This document shows positions 1 through 8,014 of a stretch of 46,915 bases of DNA, in pieces. The notes under the pieces were generated by a model. It saw nothing but the letters and a program-made list of their open reading frames with translations, was not told the DNA's origin and ran no database searches. Source of the DNA: Candidatus Aerophobota bacterium (GTDB lineage: Bacteria; Aerophobota; Aerophobia; Aerophobales; AE-B3A); assembly GCA_030616535.1 (NCBI GenBank), contig JAUWXE010000001.1, forward strand, positions 1-46,915, in the 5' to 3' direction. The first letter of the stretch is position 1, and every line of letters begins with the position of its first letter. A program made the translations under genes and the position numbers.

Positions 1-2
1 GT

Positions 3-617
3 CTTGTACTTGCCTCCCTTTCCATCATAATTGGCCTAGGTAATAGGGAAAAGCTCGAGGAGGCGAAGAGAAAAGTTGAGTATGCTGCAGAATTTGATGT
101 TAAGGCCCTTATGGTATGTGGGGGATTTCCAAAAGAAGGTATGAATTTGGATGAGTCCCATTTTGAGGTGTTAGGAAAGGAACTTGAGGAGTTGTCCCGG
201 CACGCATGTAAATTTAGTATGGAAGTTGCTTTTCATCCCCATATTAGTTGTCGGGTAGAGACCAAAGAGGATATCGATAAACTCTTCAAACACACCAAAT
301 CTACGAAGCTCTGCCCGGATACTGCTCATCTAGCAGCAAAAGGCTCCGATCCTATTCAAGTGTTGGATGCATACAAGGATAAGATAGTTTACGTTCATCT
401 CAAAGATTGGAGAAAAGAGAAAGAAGTGAACCATTACTGGGAACACTTTGTGGAGCTGGGAGAGGGGGATTTAGGAATTGATTTCTCCGGATTCCTGACA
501 AAACTAGAACAAATTGGCTACGAAGGGTGGATAGCCGTGGAGCTTGATTCCACCACTCGTACCCCTCTGAAGAGCGCGAAAATAAGCAGACAGTATCTTA
601 AAAGACTCGGTTACTGA
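3..617 (+). CDS. Sugar phosphate isomerase/epimerase (xylose isomerase-like TIM barrel), N-terminus off-window
   Basis: The frame of the tracked ORF 111..617 stays open back to nt 3 (LVLASLSIIIGLGNREKLEEAKRKVEYAAEFDVKAL...), so the gene starts upstream of the window. It has fold-typical ligand contexts AFHPH, DTAH, VHLKD and IAVELD. Confidence 0.8.
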   Translation, partial: LVLASLSIIIGLGNREKLEEAKRKVEYAAEFDVKALMVCGGFPKEGMNLDESHFEVLGKELEELSRHACKFSMEVAFHPHISCRVETKEDIDKLFKHTKSTKLCPDTAHLAAKGSDPIQVLDAYKDKIVYVHLKDWRKEKEVNHYWEHFVELGEGDLGIDFSGFLTKLEQIGYEGWIAVELDSTTRTPLKSAKISRQYLKRLGY

Positions 618-711
618 TATACCGCATAATATTAACAAGTTTGTAGAAAGTTTTAATTGGAAGGTGGAGGATCTTAAGGAAACGTGGACCAAAAAGAGAA
701 GGGAGGTAGAA

Positions 712-1427
712 ATGAAGTTAGGAGTTCTCACTGTTCTATTTCAGGATAAAAGTTTGGAAGAGGCTCTGGATATAGTGGCTGATCTGGGAGTTGAAGCAGT
801 TGAAATTGGTACAGGAGGCTATCTTGGAGACGCTCACTGCAAACCCGACGTGCTTTTAAAAGATGAGAAAGCTCTTAAGAGATTCAAATCCAGTATTGAA
901 GAAAAAAACCTTATCATAAGCGCCCTAAGTTGCCACGGCAATCCCTTGCACCCTGATCCTGGGGTGAGCAGATCTCACCACGATGTTTTTCGAAAAACAG
1001 TTCTTCTAGCAGAAAAACTGGGGGTGGACAGAGTCATAACCTTCTCTGGGTGCCCTGGAGGATCCGAGACTGACAGGACTCCCAACTGGGTAACCTGTCC
1101 CTGGCCAGGTTTCACTGAAATTGTTAGATGGCAGTGGGAAAAGAAACTTATTCCTTACTGGAGAGAGCAGACAGATTTTGCCCGTGAGCATGGGGTGAAG
1201 ATCTGTCTTGAGATGCACCCTGGATTTTCTGTACAGTTGGTTATGGACACAGCTACGATTTCTGGAAAGATTTTCTATCCATGCTGCGTATGATAGGGTA
1301 TGATTATGTTTTAAGCATTGAACATGAGGACTCCCTTATGTCTCCCCGGGAGGGGCTGGAAAAAGCTGTATCTTTTCTGAAAGAAGTTATGCTGAAGGAA
1401 AAACCTGGAGCAATGTGGTGGGCTTAA
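712..1427 (+). pseudogene. Xylose isomerase-like TIM-barrel gene disrupted by an out-of-frame internal deletion
   Basis: RBS gggagg (701-706) precedes ATG 712. Frame 1 reads MKLGVLTVLF...NWVTCPWP...EMHPGFSV, then nonsense and a stop at 1291-1293. Frame 3 from about 1219 reads WIFCTVGYGHSYDFWKDFLSMLRMIGYDYVLSIEHEDSLMSPREGLEKAVSFLKEVMLKEKPGAMWWA* (stop 1425-1427), the usual C-terminus of this family. The roughly 80-90 central residues I recall in 300-320-aa homologues are absent. Confidence 0.65.
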
Positions 1428-1645
1428 GACTCCACATTGAGAAATTGGGAGTGGAAGTTTCAGTTCAACAGGGAAGTGACACATAGTCTGGTTATGGAAT
1501 CGAGCCCGGAGGTAGTTGTTGTGGTTAGCAGAGCTCATTCTCCCGAACCTGATCTTCCTTGGATTACAGCTAGAATCATTTTCCTTTTATCGAGGTTTAA
1601 GTATTGCAACTATAAAGTAAATTTTAAGATCAAAAAGAGGGTCCA

Positions 1646-1924
1646 ATGGCCAAAGAAGTGAGAGTAGGACCCCGAGGGAATTTTTTAGAGGAGCCGCATA
1701 CCTTGAAATACCTAAGAAGCAGCGAACATTGGCAGCCGAAGCTGTCCAATCGTTCTGTCTATGAAAAGTGGATGGAGAATGACGGGAAAGATGTTGTAGA
1801 AAAAGCTCGTGAGATTTCAAAAAGAATACTTGGGCATCACCAACCAAAAAATCTGAGTGAAAAGGTACTCTCAAGGCTCAGTCAGATTATAAAAGATTTT
1901 GAAGAAAAAAGCCTGCCAGGGTAA
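1646..1924 (+). pseudogene. C-terminal remnant of a trimethylamine methyltransferase (MttB)-family gene
   Basis: The 92-aa ORF KEVRVGPRGNFLEEPHTLKYLRSSEHWQPKLSNRSVYEKWMENDGKDVVEKAREISKRILGHHQPKNLSEKV matches my recollection of the last ~90 residues of ~480-aa MttB-superfamily proteins (VGPGGNFL..HTL..FR...W.P.L.DR..YE.W...G......RA......IL..H.PEPL). A stop lies 7 codons upstream of the Met, and no N-terminal 390 aa exists in any frame. Confidence 0.5.
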
Positions 1925-2036
1925 GAGACTCTATAAAAGACCTCACTTAATTTCACTTTACACTAAGATTCCATTTGCTACAATTATTGAGATGAGTATC
2001 GTTGATAAAGCAGTTGGATAAAAAGGAGGTATTTGA

Positions 2037-3215
2037 ATGGCAAAAAAGATCAATGTGGGGATGGTGGGTTATAAGTTTATGGGCAAGGCTCATTCACACG
2101 CTTACCGAGATATGGCTATGTTCTTTAAAACCGAGACAGTGCCGGTAATGAAGGTGATCTGCGGCCGGACAGAGACTGCCGTTTCCGAAGCTGCCAGAAT
2201 GTTTGGCTGGGAAGCTTACGAAACCTCCTGGGAAAGACTTGTCCAGCGCCAAGATATTGGTCTGGTTGATATTAATACCCCTAACTCAACTCATCGGGAA
2301 ATTGCCGTAGCTGCGGCTAAAGCTGGAAAACATATCCTCTGCGAAAAGCCACTAGCGGTAAGTTTGGCAGAGGCTGAGGAGATGCTGGAGGCAGCGAGGG
2401 AAGCCGGGGTGAAACATATGGTTTGCTTTAATTATAGAAAAGTTCCCGCTGTCGGTCTGGCTAAGAAAATGATCGAGGAAGGACGCCTAGGGAAAATCTA
2501 CCATTTCCGGGCCCAGTACCTGCAGGATTGGATCACTGATCCGGAGTTTCCTCTGGTCTGGCGATTGAAAAAAGAAGAAGCAGGAGCAGGAGCTCATGGG
2601 GATTTAAATTCCCATATAATAGATCTAGCCCGGTATCTGGTGGGAGACTTTGCTAAAGTCGTCGGGATGCAGGAGACATTTATTAAGAAGAGGCCAGAGC
2701 TTGAAGTGAGCGAAAAGCTTACTACCGGGCTGGCTGCAGGATCTAGAAGGCCGCAGCTCGGAGAGGTCACGGTTGACGATGCTACTCTCTTTTTAGCCCG
2801 ATTTAAAAACGGAGCTTTGGGCTGTTTTGAAGTAACCAGATTTGCTAATGGCCGGCGGAATGGCTTGAGGTTTGAGATAAATGGGAGCAAGGGGAGCCTA
2901 CTATTTGAGCTTGAGAATATGAATGAGCTCTGGTTCTATTCCTGTGAGGACCCCCAAGGGAGGCAGGGGTTTAGGAAAATTTTGGCTAGCGAAGCTACTC
3001 ATCCTTATATAGAAGCCTGGTGGCCCCCGGGACACATTATCGGGTATGAACATACATTTGTTCACGTGGTCTATGATTTTATGAAAGCCTTAGATGAAGA
3101 CAGGCTCCCCACACCCAATTTCACCGATGGGGTTGAATGTCAGAGAGTTCTGGAGGCCGTAGAAAAATCAGCCAAAGAGGAAAGATGGGTTGAGGTAGGA
3201 GCAAAGGAAAAATGA
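2037..3215 (+). CDS. Gfo/Idh/MocA family oxidoreductase
   Basis: RBS aaggagg is 7 nt upstream. The N-terminal Rossmann fold is MAKKINVGMVGYKFMGKAHSHAY, with the EKP motif (ILCEKPLA) and the typical C-terminal alpha/beta domain. 392 aa. Confidence 0.9.
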   Translation: MAKKINVGMVGYKFMGKAHSHAYRDMAMFFKTETVPVMKVICGRTETAVSEAARMFGWEAYETSWERLVQRQDIGLVDINTPNSTHREIAVAAAKAGKHILCEKPLAVSLAEAEEMLEAAREAGVKHMVCFNYRKVPAVGLAKKMIEEGRLGKIYHFRAQYLQDWITDPEFPLVWRLKKEEAGAGAHGDLNSHIIDLARYLVGDFAKVVGMQETFIKKRPELEVSEKLTTGLAAGSRRPQLGEVTVDDATLFLARFKNGALGCFEVTRFANGRRNGLRFEINGSKGSLLFELENMNELWFYSCEDPQGRQGFRKILASEATHPYIEAWWPPGHIIGYEHTFVHVVYDFMKALDEDRLPTPNFTDGVECQRVLEAVEKSAKEERWVEVGAKEK

Positions 3216-4189
3216 GTGAGAAGATTGAGGTGGTGTGCCTGGGTATCCTGGTAGTGGATATTCTTTGCAGTCCTATTGATAAGGTGCCTGAGCCTGGCGA
3301 ACTAATATCTACTGATGAGATTTCTCTCTCCGGGGGCGGACACGCTCACAACACGGCGGTGAGCTTAGCCAGGCTGGGAATAAAGACCGGGGTACTAGGA
3401 AAAGTGGGCCATGATCATTTCGGCGATTTTCTTAAGAAGGATTTGAGGAAAGAAGGAGTGGATATCTCAAAAATCATTGTGTCCCCTAAACTTGGAACCT
3501 CTAAGACCATGGTTCTCCTCACTCATTCAGAAGATAGGAGATTTATCCATACCCTGGGCGCCAATGCTAATTTTAATATCGACGATATCGATCTTGACTA
3601 TCTTAGCCAGGGAAAGGTTCTCTATGTAGGAGGATACGGAGTTCTTCCTCAACTGGAGGAAGATTCCTTAATCAAACTTTTGAAATTTGCTAAACGACGC
3701 GGTTTAATTACTGTGCTAGATGTGGTAATTCCTCAGACAGAGGTTAGGTGGATAAACAAGTGCAAAAGGGCACTTAAGTTCACTGACTTTTTTCTTCCCA
3801 ATTCCGACGAAGCCAGGATAATCACCGGTCGGACTGACCCCGAAGGACAAGCTGAAGAAGTACTCAGGCATAACTACGAGATGACGGTAGTTATCACCAT
3901 GGGAAAACAAGGTTCGTTCGTGAGAACCAAGGATAAGATGGCTCGAGCCTCTATCTATGAGGTTGAAATTGTAGATCCATCTGGAGGAGGAGATGCCTTT
4001 TCCGCTGGTTTTATCTTTGGCATTATAAATGGGTGGGAACTTGAGGAAACGTTGAGGCTGGCCAGCGCTATGGGAGCATCTGCCGTGAGGGAGGTAGGAA
4101 CTACAACCGGGGTATTCACCAGAGCCGAGGCAGAGCAGTTTATAAAAAATAACGAGATTGAATTAGAAGTGAAACAATGTTCTCTTTGA
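3212..4189 (+). CDS. PfkB-family carbohydrate kinase (ribokinase-like)
   Basis: The ATGA overlap with the upstream gene indicates translational coupling. It has an N-terminal GG motif (SLSGGGHAHN) and the C-terminal anion-hole motif DPSGGGDAFSAGFIFG. Confidence 0.85.
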   Translation: MSEKIEVVCLGILVVDILCSPIDKVPEPGELISTDEISLSGGGHAHNTAVSLARLGIKTGVLGKVGHDHFGDFLKKDLRKEGVDISKIIVSPKLGTSKTMVLLTHSEDRRFIHTLGANANFNIDDIDLDYLSQGKVLYVGGYGVLPQLEEDSLIKLLKFAKRRGLITVLDVVIPQTEVRWINKCKRALKFTDFFLPNSDEARIITGRTDPEGQAEEVLRHNYEMTVVITMGKQGSFVRTKDKMARASIYEVEIVDPSGGGDAFSAGFIFGIINGWELEETLRLASAMGASAVREVGTTTGVFTRAEAEQFIKNNEIELEVKQCSL

Positions 4190-4241
4190 AAAGGGGAAGG
4201 GATAAAAACAAAATTAGAAGCTTATGGTTCTGCGGGGAGAG

Positions 4242-5282
4242 TTACGAGGTTATAAGTATCTTCATTCCTTTCTGAGATTCGGCAAGGTGAAGACCTTCTT
4301 CCAGTTCTTCCAGGGGTAAGCGATGACTGATAAGTTCTTTGACCTTTATTTTTCCCTGAGAAAGCAGGGATAAAGCGAGCTGGTTATGGTAAGGAGCCGA
4401 GCCATGGGTTCCTACTACATAAAATTCCCGGTAATGGACAAGATTGGAATTAAACTTTATAAAGGGCTTATCCAGTGGTAGCCCTCCGAAGAAGTTGACT
4501 ATACCCCGGGGAGACACCATTTGCAGTGAATCCTCCTGTGCTCTCCCACTGGGACAGGCAACGATTATTTTATCAGCACCTCTTCCCTCGGTTTCTTCTA
4601 ACACCCTTTCTATACTATTCTCCAAAGAGGGGTTAATTACCACATCGGGTTGAGTGAACTTTTTAATAAATTTTATTCTTGGCGGGGTAAGTTCTATAAG
4701 GATAATTTTGCCTGCCCCTTTTGTTCTGGCTAGTTGCACATGAATACATCCCAGGGGACCTCCTCCTACCACCACTACTGTGTCACCCAGGCTGATTTTG
4801 GAGAGCTCCTGCCCATTTATGGCACAGGCTAAAGGTTCGGCTAAGGCTCCTTCTTCGAAGGAAAGGTTTAGTGGAATAGGATTCACACATCCATTATGGA
4901 CAGCATCCTCAGGAATCAGCATAAATTCAGCAAAACCTCCATCATAGTGATAGCCTATAGCGGAAAGGTTAAGGCACATACTCTGCATACCTCTTCTACA
5001 GTAAAAACACCGACCACAGGGAATAGCCGGAGCCACGGCTACCCTTTCTCCGATTTTGTAACCATTAACCTTGCGGCCCAATTCCACAATTTCTCCTGAG
5101 AGTTCATGCCCGGTGATCCTGGGAAATCTCATATGCTTGTGTCCGTGATGATAAGCCTTTATATCGGTTCCACATATACTGCAGGCCCTAACCCTGATAA
5201 GTATTTCCTCTGGTGAAGGATGAGGGGTGGGAACTTTCTTAATTTCTAAATCCTCAATTGCTTTTAAAACTGCAGCCTTCAT
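4242..5282 (-). CDS. Zn-dependent medium-chain alcohol/polyol dehydrogenase (sorbitol/threonine dehydrogenase-like)
   Basis: Motifs are CSICGTD, GHELSGEIVELG, the structural-Zn loop CGRCFYCRRGMQSMC and the Rossmann motif VVVVGGGPLG. I prefer the start at MKAAVLK (ATG 5280-5282, RBS gaggag 5 nt upstream) over the tracked 5360 start. Confidence 0.85.
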   Translation of the reverse strand: MKAAVLKAIEDLEIKKVPTPHPSPEEILIRVRACSICGTDIKAYHHGHKHMRFPRITGHELSGEIVELGRKVNGYKIGERVAVAPAIPCGRCFYCRRGMQSMCLNLSAIGYHYDGGFAEFMLIPEDAVHNGCVNPIPLNLSFEEGALAEPLACAINGQELSKISLGDTVVVVGGGPLGCIHVQLARTKGAGKIILIELTPPRIKFIKKFTQPDVVINPSLENSIERVLEETEGRGADKIIVACPSGRAQEDSLQMVSPRGIVNFFGGLPLDKPFIKFNSNLVHYREFYVVGTHGSAPYHNQLALSLLSQGKIKVKELISHRLPLEELEEGLHLAESQKGMKILITS

Positions 5283-5427
5283 CGTGACTCCTCTGTTAGC
5301 GGGTCTTTTTACCATAGCCAATTCTATAATTCTGTCAAGGTTTTGACAATCCCATTTCATATGCTATATTTTTAACTATTCACGGACACTTGAGTGGTAG
5401 GATTTGTCTGTCTACCAAAGGAACGAG

Positions 5428-6174
5428 ATGAGGGGGAGAAGTTTAGCAAGAATTGGTCTGGTTTTCTATTTTTTTCTTTTTCTGGTTGCTGCTGGTAGAG
5501 GGGAAAAGATTCAGCCCTTTGAACCGGGAGAGAAATTGACCTACAGGGTGAAAATTTTTGGTCTTCCCGTGGGAGAAGAGACTCTAGAAATAAAAGAGGT
5601 CGTTGAAATAGATGGATATCTTACTTACCCTCTTTTTTGGAGGGTGAGGACAATCGATCCTTTTTCTTTACTTTATCATTTTGATTATACAATAGAGAGT
5701 TTTGTAGATGTTAACACTCTCTATCCCCGGTTAGTAAGATTCCATTTTGAGGAGGGAAGTCGCATCAAAGATCGGGAAGTTCAGCTAGATCAGACTAAAG
5801 GAATAGCTTTAATTAAGGATTGGAGCGGTGAGTTTAAGAGGGAGTTTTTTCTCCCGGCTATGGATACAGTTTCCTTAATCTACTGGCTTAGAACTCAGGA
5901 TTTACGGGTGGGAAAATCTTTTTCACTTTCTTTGATGGAAGGTCGCAATTTAAGAAAAATCGAGATAAAAGTACTTGGGAAGGAAGAAGTGATAACCTAC
6001 AGTGGAAATTATTCAGCTTTTTTATGTTCGGAAGTAGCCTCCGATAAGACGGAAGTGAAATTATGGATTTCTGATGATGAGAGACGTCTTCCGGTTAAGT
6101 TTCAAGCAGAAACATCGCTAGGGACTTTAACGGCTTCTCTAACCAGTATAAAATCTGCTGACCAAAGCAGTTGA
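5428..6174 (+). CDS. DUF3108-like secreted/envelope protein
   Basis: A signal/anchor segment (IGLVFYFFLFLVAAG) is followed by GEKLTYRVKIFGLPVGEETLEI, as I recall for DUF3108. The start is uncertain (tracked TTG 5404 versus ATG 5428). Confidence 0.6.
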   Translation: MRGRSLARIGLVFYFFLFLVAAGRGEKIQPFEPGEKLTYRVKIFGLPVGEETLEIKEVVEIDGYLTYPLFWRVRTIDPFSLLYHFDYTIESFVDVNTLYPRLVRFHFEEGSRIKDREVQLDQTKGIALIKDWSGEFKREFFLPAMDTVSLIYWLRTQDLRVGKSFSLSLMEGRNLRKIEIKVLGKEEVITYSGNYSAFLCSEVASDKTEVKLWISDDERRLPVKFQAETSLGTLTASLTSIKSADQSS

Positions 6175-6197
6175 TTAACCAAGCTATTTATGCCGGG

Positions 6198-8003
6198 TCA
6201 ATAAAGTTTGACCTTAAATCCGAGGGAGAGTTTTTCCCTGGAAAGGGGATAATTTCTCCAGAGATCATAATCATTTAATTCTAACTGAGTAAACAACTCT
6301 ATTACTTTACCTATCTTCTTGGAGATTTTGAATCTATGTATCCAGCCCTGATCAAGCTTCTCGTTGCTTGTTTCCTCATAATATCTCTTGCCGATAAATT
6401 TTGCTCCTAACTCAACTCCCCAACCATTTCTTCTCCATATTAGCCAAAGATCTCCCGCATTCTGGGGGTAGTGGGGAATTACCTTACTCTCATCTTGGAC
6501 ATTTTCTGCCTTTTGAAAGGTGTAAGAGAGCCCTTGTTCAAATGTTTCACCGGAGTGAAGTGAAAAATTTAGACGTCCCCCCGAAACATTCGCCTCCCGA
6601 ATTTCTGGTCTGGCCAGGGAACTGACGCTGTTCCAATTCCAGATGGTATCTTCCCCCTCCTGGTAAAATCCCGCCAGGGAAAGGTTCACCATAGGGGAGA
6701 GTTTATACTCCAGCTTAATTTCATAGTGCCAGATTTTCACTGGATCAAGATCTTCATTTATTTCTACATAGTCTTGGGGAAGATATAAATCCGAAAATTG
6801 GGCCAGGTAAAAATGTCTTTTGCCGCCTACCTCTAGCCGCAAGCTGGGATTTATCCGGTAAGTTAGCTTAAGAGAGGGCAGAAATTGAGAGCCTGATTCT
6901 GTTATTGCTTTCATTCCTCCTCCTAAACTGAGAGTTAACTCTTCCATTCGCTTAAAAGTAATAGCATCATCCTCTAGCCAAAGGTGAGTCTGGGTCTTCT
7001 TGGCAAAGGAGCTATTATCCACACTAACTCCGATATCTAAAGGGATCTTCTTTAGTCGTAGCTTTAATCCGGTTCCCAGAGCTGCATCTTTCTCATCAAC
7101 CTTTGAATTTTTTAACGCTGATCTGCTAGTCCAGCCATCAATGGTAAAAATGCTCGTTTTCCACTCTTGCCTCCAGTTTGCTCTTATTTCAATTTCGTTC
7201 TTGTTTCTTCCCAGCTCATTGGGAAAGTCGATCTTTTTTGCCTGTCTTTCTAAACTGAGCGCCACCGTTTTATTTGTTAGAGAACCCCAGATAAGCTCTG
7301 CGGCAATAGTTTCTTCATGTTTACCCAAATTAAGATCTTCCGGCTCGTATTTCACCCAATGGGGGGTAGAAACACTCCCTGCGCTGAGAAAGCCAGTAAA
7401 TCCTTCCTTTTGCCTTCCATAATCTAATTGGTATGAGAAGCTGTCACGGGTAGCCAAAGAGGCAGAAAGATGAAGGTAGGGAAGAGGTGACTCTTTCCTT
7501 ATCCCTGGATAATAGACCTTTTTACCCCAGGGGATCTGGATGGAGGGTGGAGTGAGCTCCTTTTTGCCCCGATACTCCATGAAGGGAAGAGCTTCTATTC
7601 TGGCATATCTAGCAGCAGGGACATAACCCACAAAGGGTAAGACAAGCTCAGGGCGAACAAGAGCAGCCGGGCCGATTTCCTTTCTCGGCTTTAAAGGAGC
7701 TAAGGGGGCCCTCTCCATAACTTTTACTTCTAAACCGGGAAAAGAAAGCGGATGATAATAGACCTTTTTACCCCAGGGGATCTGGATGGAGGGTGGAGTG
7801 AGCTCCTTTTTGCCCCGATACTCCATGAGGGGGAGAGCTTTCGCCCTTATTATCTCTAAATAGGACCTGTCTGTTCCCTTAACTATTACAGTAGGAAGCT
7901 TCGTAGGAAGTGGTTCCTCCTCCAATGGTGGTTCTTGTGCGTGAAGAGGACTTGAAAAAAGAATTAAGCCCGTCAATACAAACAGCAATATTGTTTTCAT
8001 CAT
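6198..8003 (-). CDS. Outer-membrane beta-barrel protein (TonB-dependent-receptor-like C-terminal barrel) with duplicated N-terminal segment
   Basis: RBS aaggag; signal peptide MMKTILLFVLTGLILFSSPLHAQ. The C-terminal 400 aa have alternating amphipathic beta-strand character, ending in the aromatic terminus LGFKVKLY. The RBS overlaps the stop codon of the upstream TPR gene. Confidence 0.7.
   Translation of the reverse strand: MMKTILLFVLTGLILFSSPLHAQEPPLEEEPLPTKLPTVIVKGTDRSYLEIIRAKALPLMEYRGKKELTPPSIQIPWGKKVYYHPLSFPGLEVKVMERAPLAPLKPRKEIGPAALVRPELVLPFVGYVPAARYARIEALPFMEYRGKKELTPPSIQIPWGKKVYYPGIRKESPLPYLHLSASLATRDSFSYQLDYGRQKEGFTGFLSAGSVSTPHWVKYEPEDLNLGKHEETIAAELIWGSLTNKTVALSLERQAKKIDFPNELGRNKNEIEIRANWRQEWKTSIFTIDGWTSRSALKNSKVDEKDAALGTGLKLRLKKIPLDIGVSVDNSSFAKKTQTHLWLEDDAITFKRMEELTLSLGGGMKAITESGSQFLPSLKLTYRINPSLRLEVGGKRHFYLAQFSDLYLPQDYVEINEDLDPVKIWHYEIKLEYKLSPMVNLSLAGFYQEGEDTIWNWNSVSSLARPEIREANVSGGRLNFSLHSGETFEQGLSYTFQKAENVQDESKVIPHYPQNAGDLWLIWRRNGWGVELGAKFIGKRYYEETSNEKLDQGWIHRFKISKKIGKVIELFTQLELNDYDLWRNYPLSREKLSLGFKVKLY
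7508..7582. repeat. Copy 1 of a 75-bp perfect direct repeat inside the OMP gene
   Basis: gataatagacctttttaccccaggggatctggatggagggtggagtgagctcctttttgccccgatactccatga is identical to 7754-7828. The offset is 246 nt (82 codons, in frame). It encodes MEYRGKKELTPPSIQIPWGKKVYY. Confidence 0.95.
7754..7828. repeat. Copy 2 of the 75-bp perfect direct repeat inside the OMP gene
   Basis: Identical to 7508-7582. The flanks diverge immediately upstream and become only similar downstream. Confidence 0.95.
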
Positions 8004-8014
8004 TTTTTTTCTCC

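Noticed and set aside
1311-1874. Tracked ORFs 1311..1538(-), 1437..1661(+) and 1587..1874(-).
   Set aside because: They lie in or antisense to the decayed region between the broken TIM-barrel gene and the MttB remnant. They have no RBS and no motifs, and their composition is typical of spurious frames.
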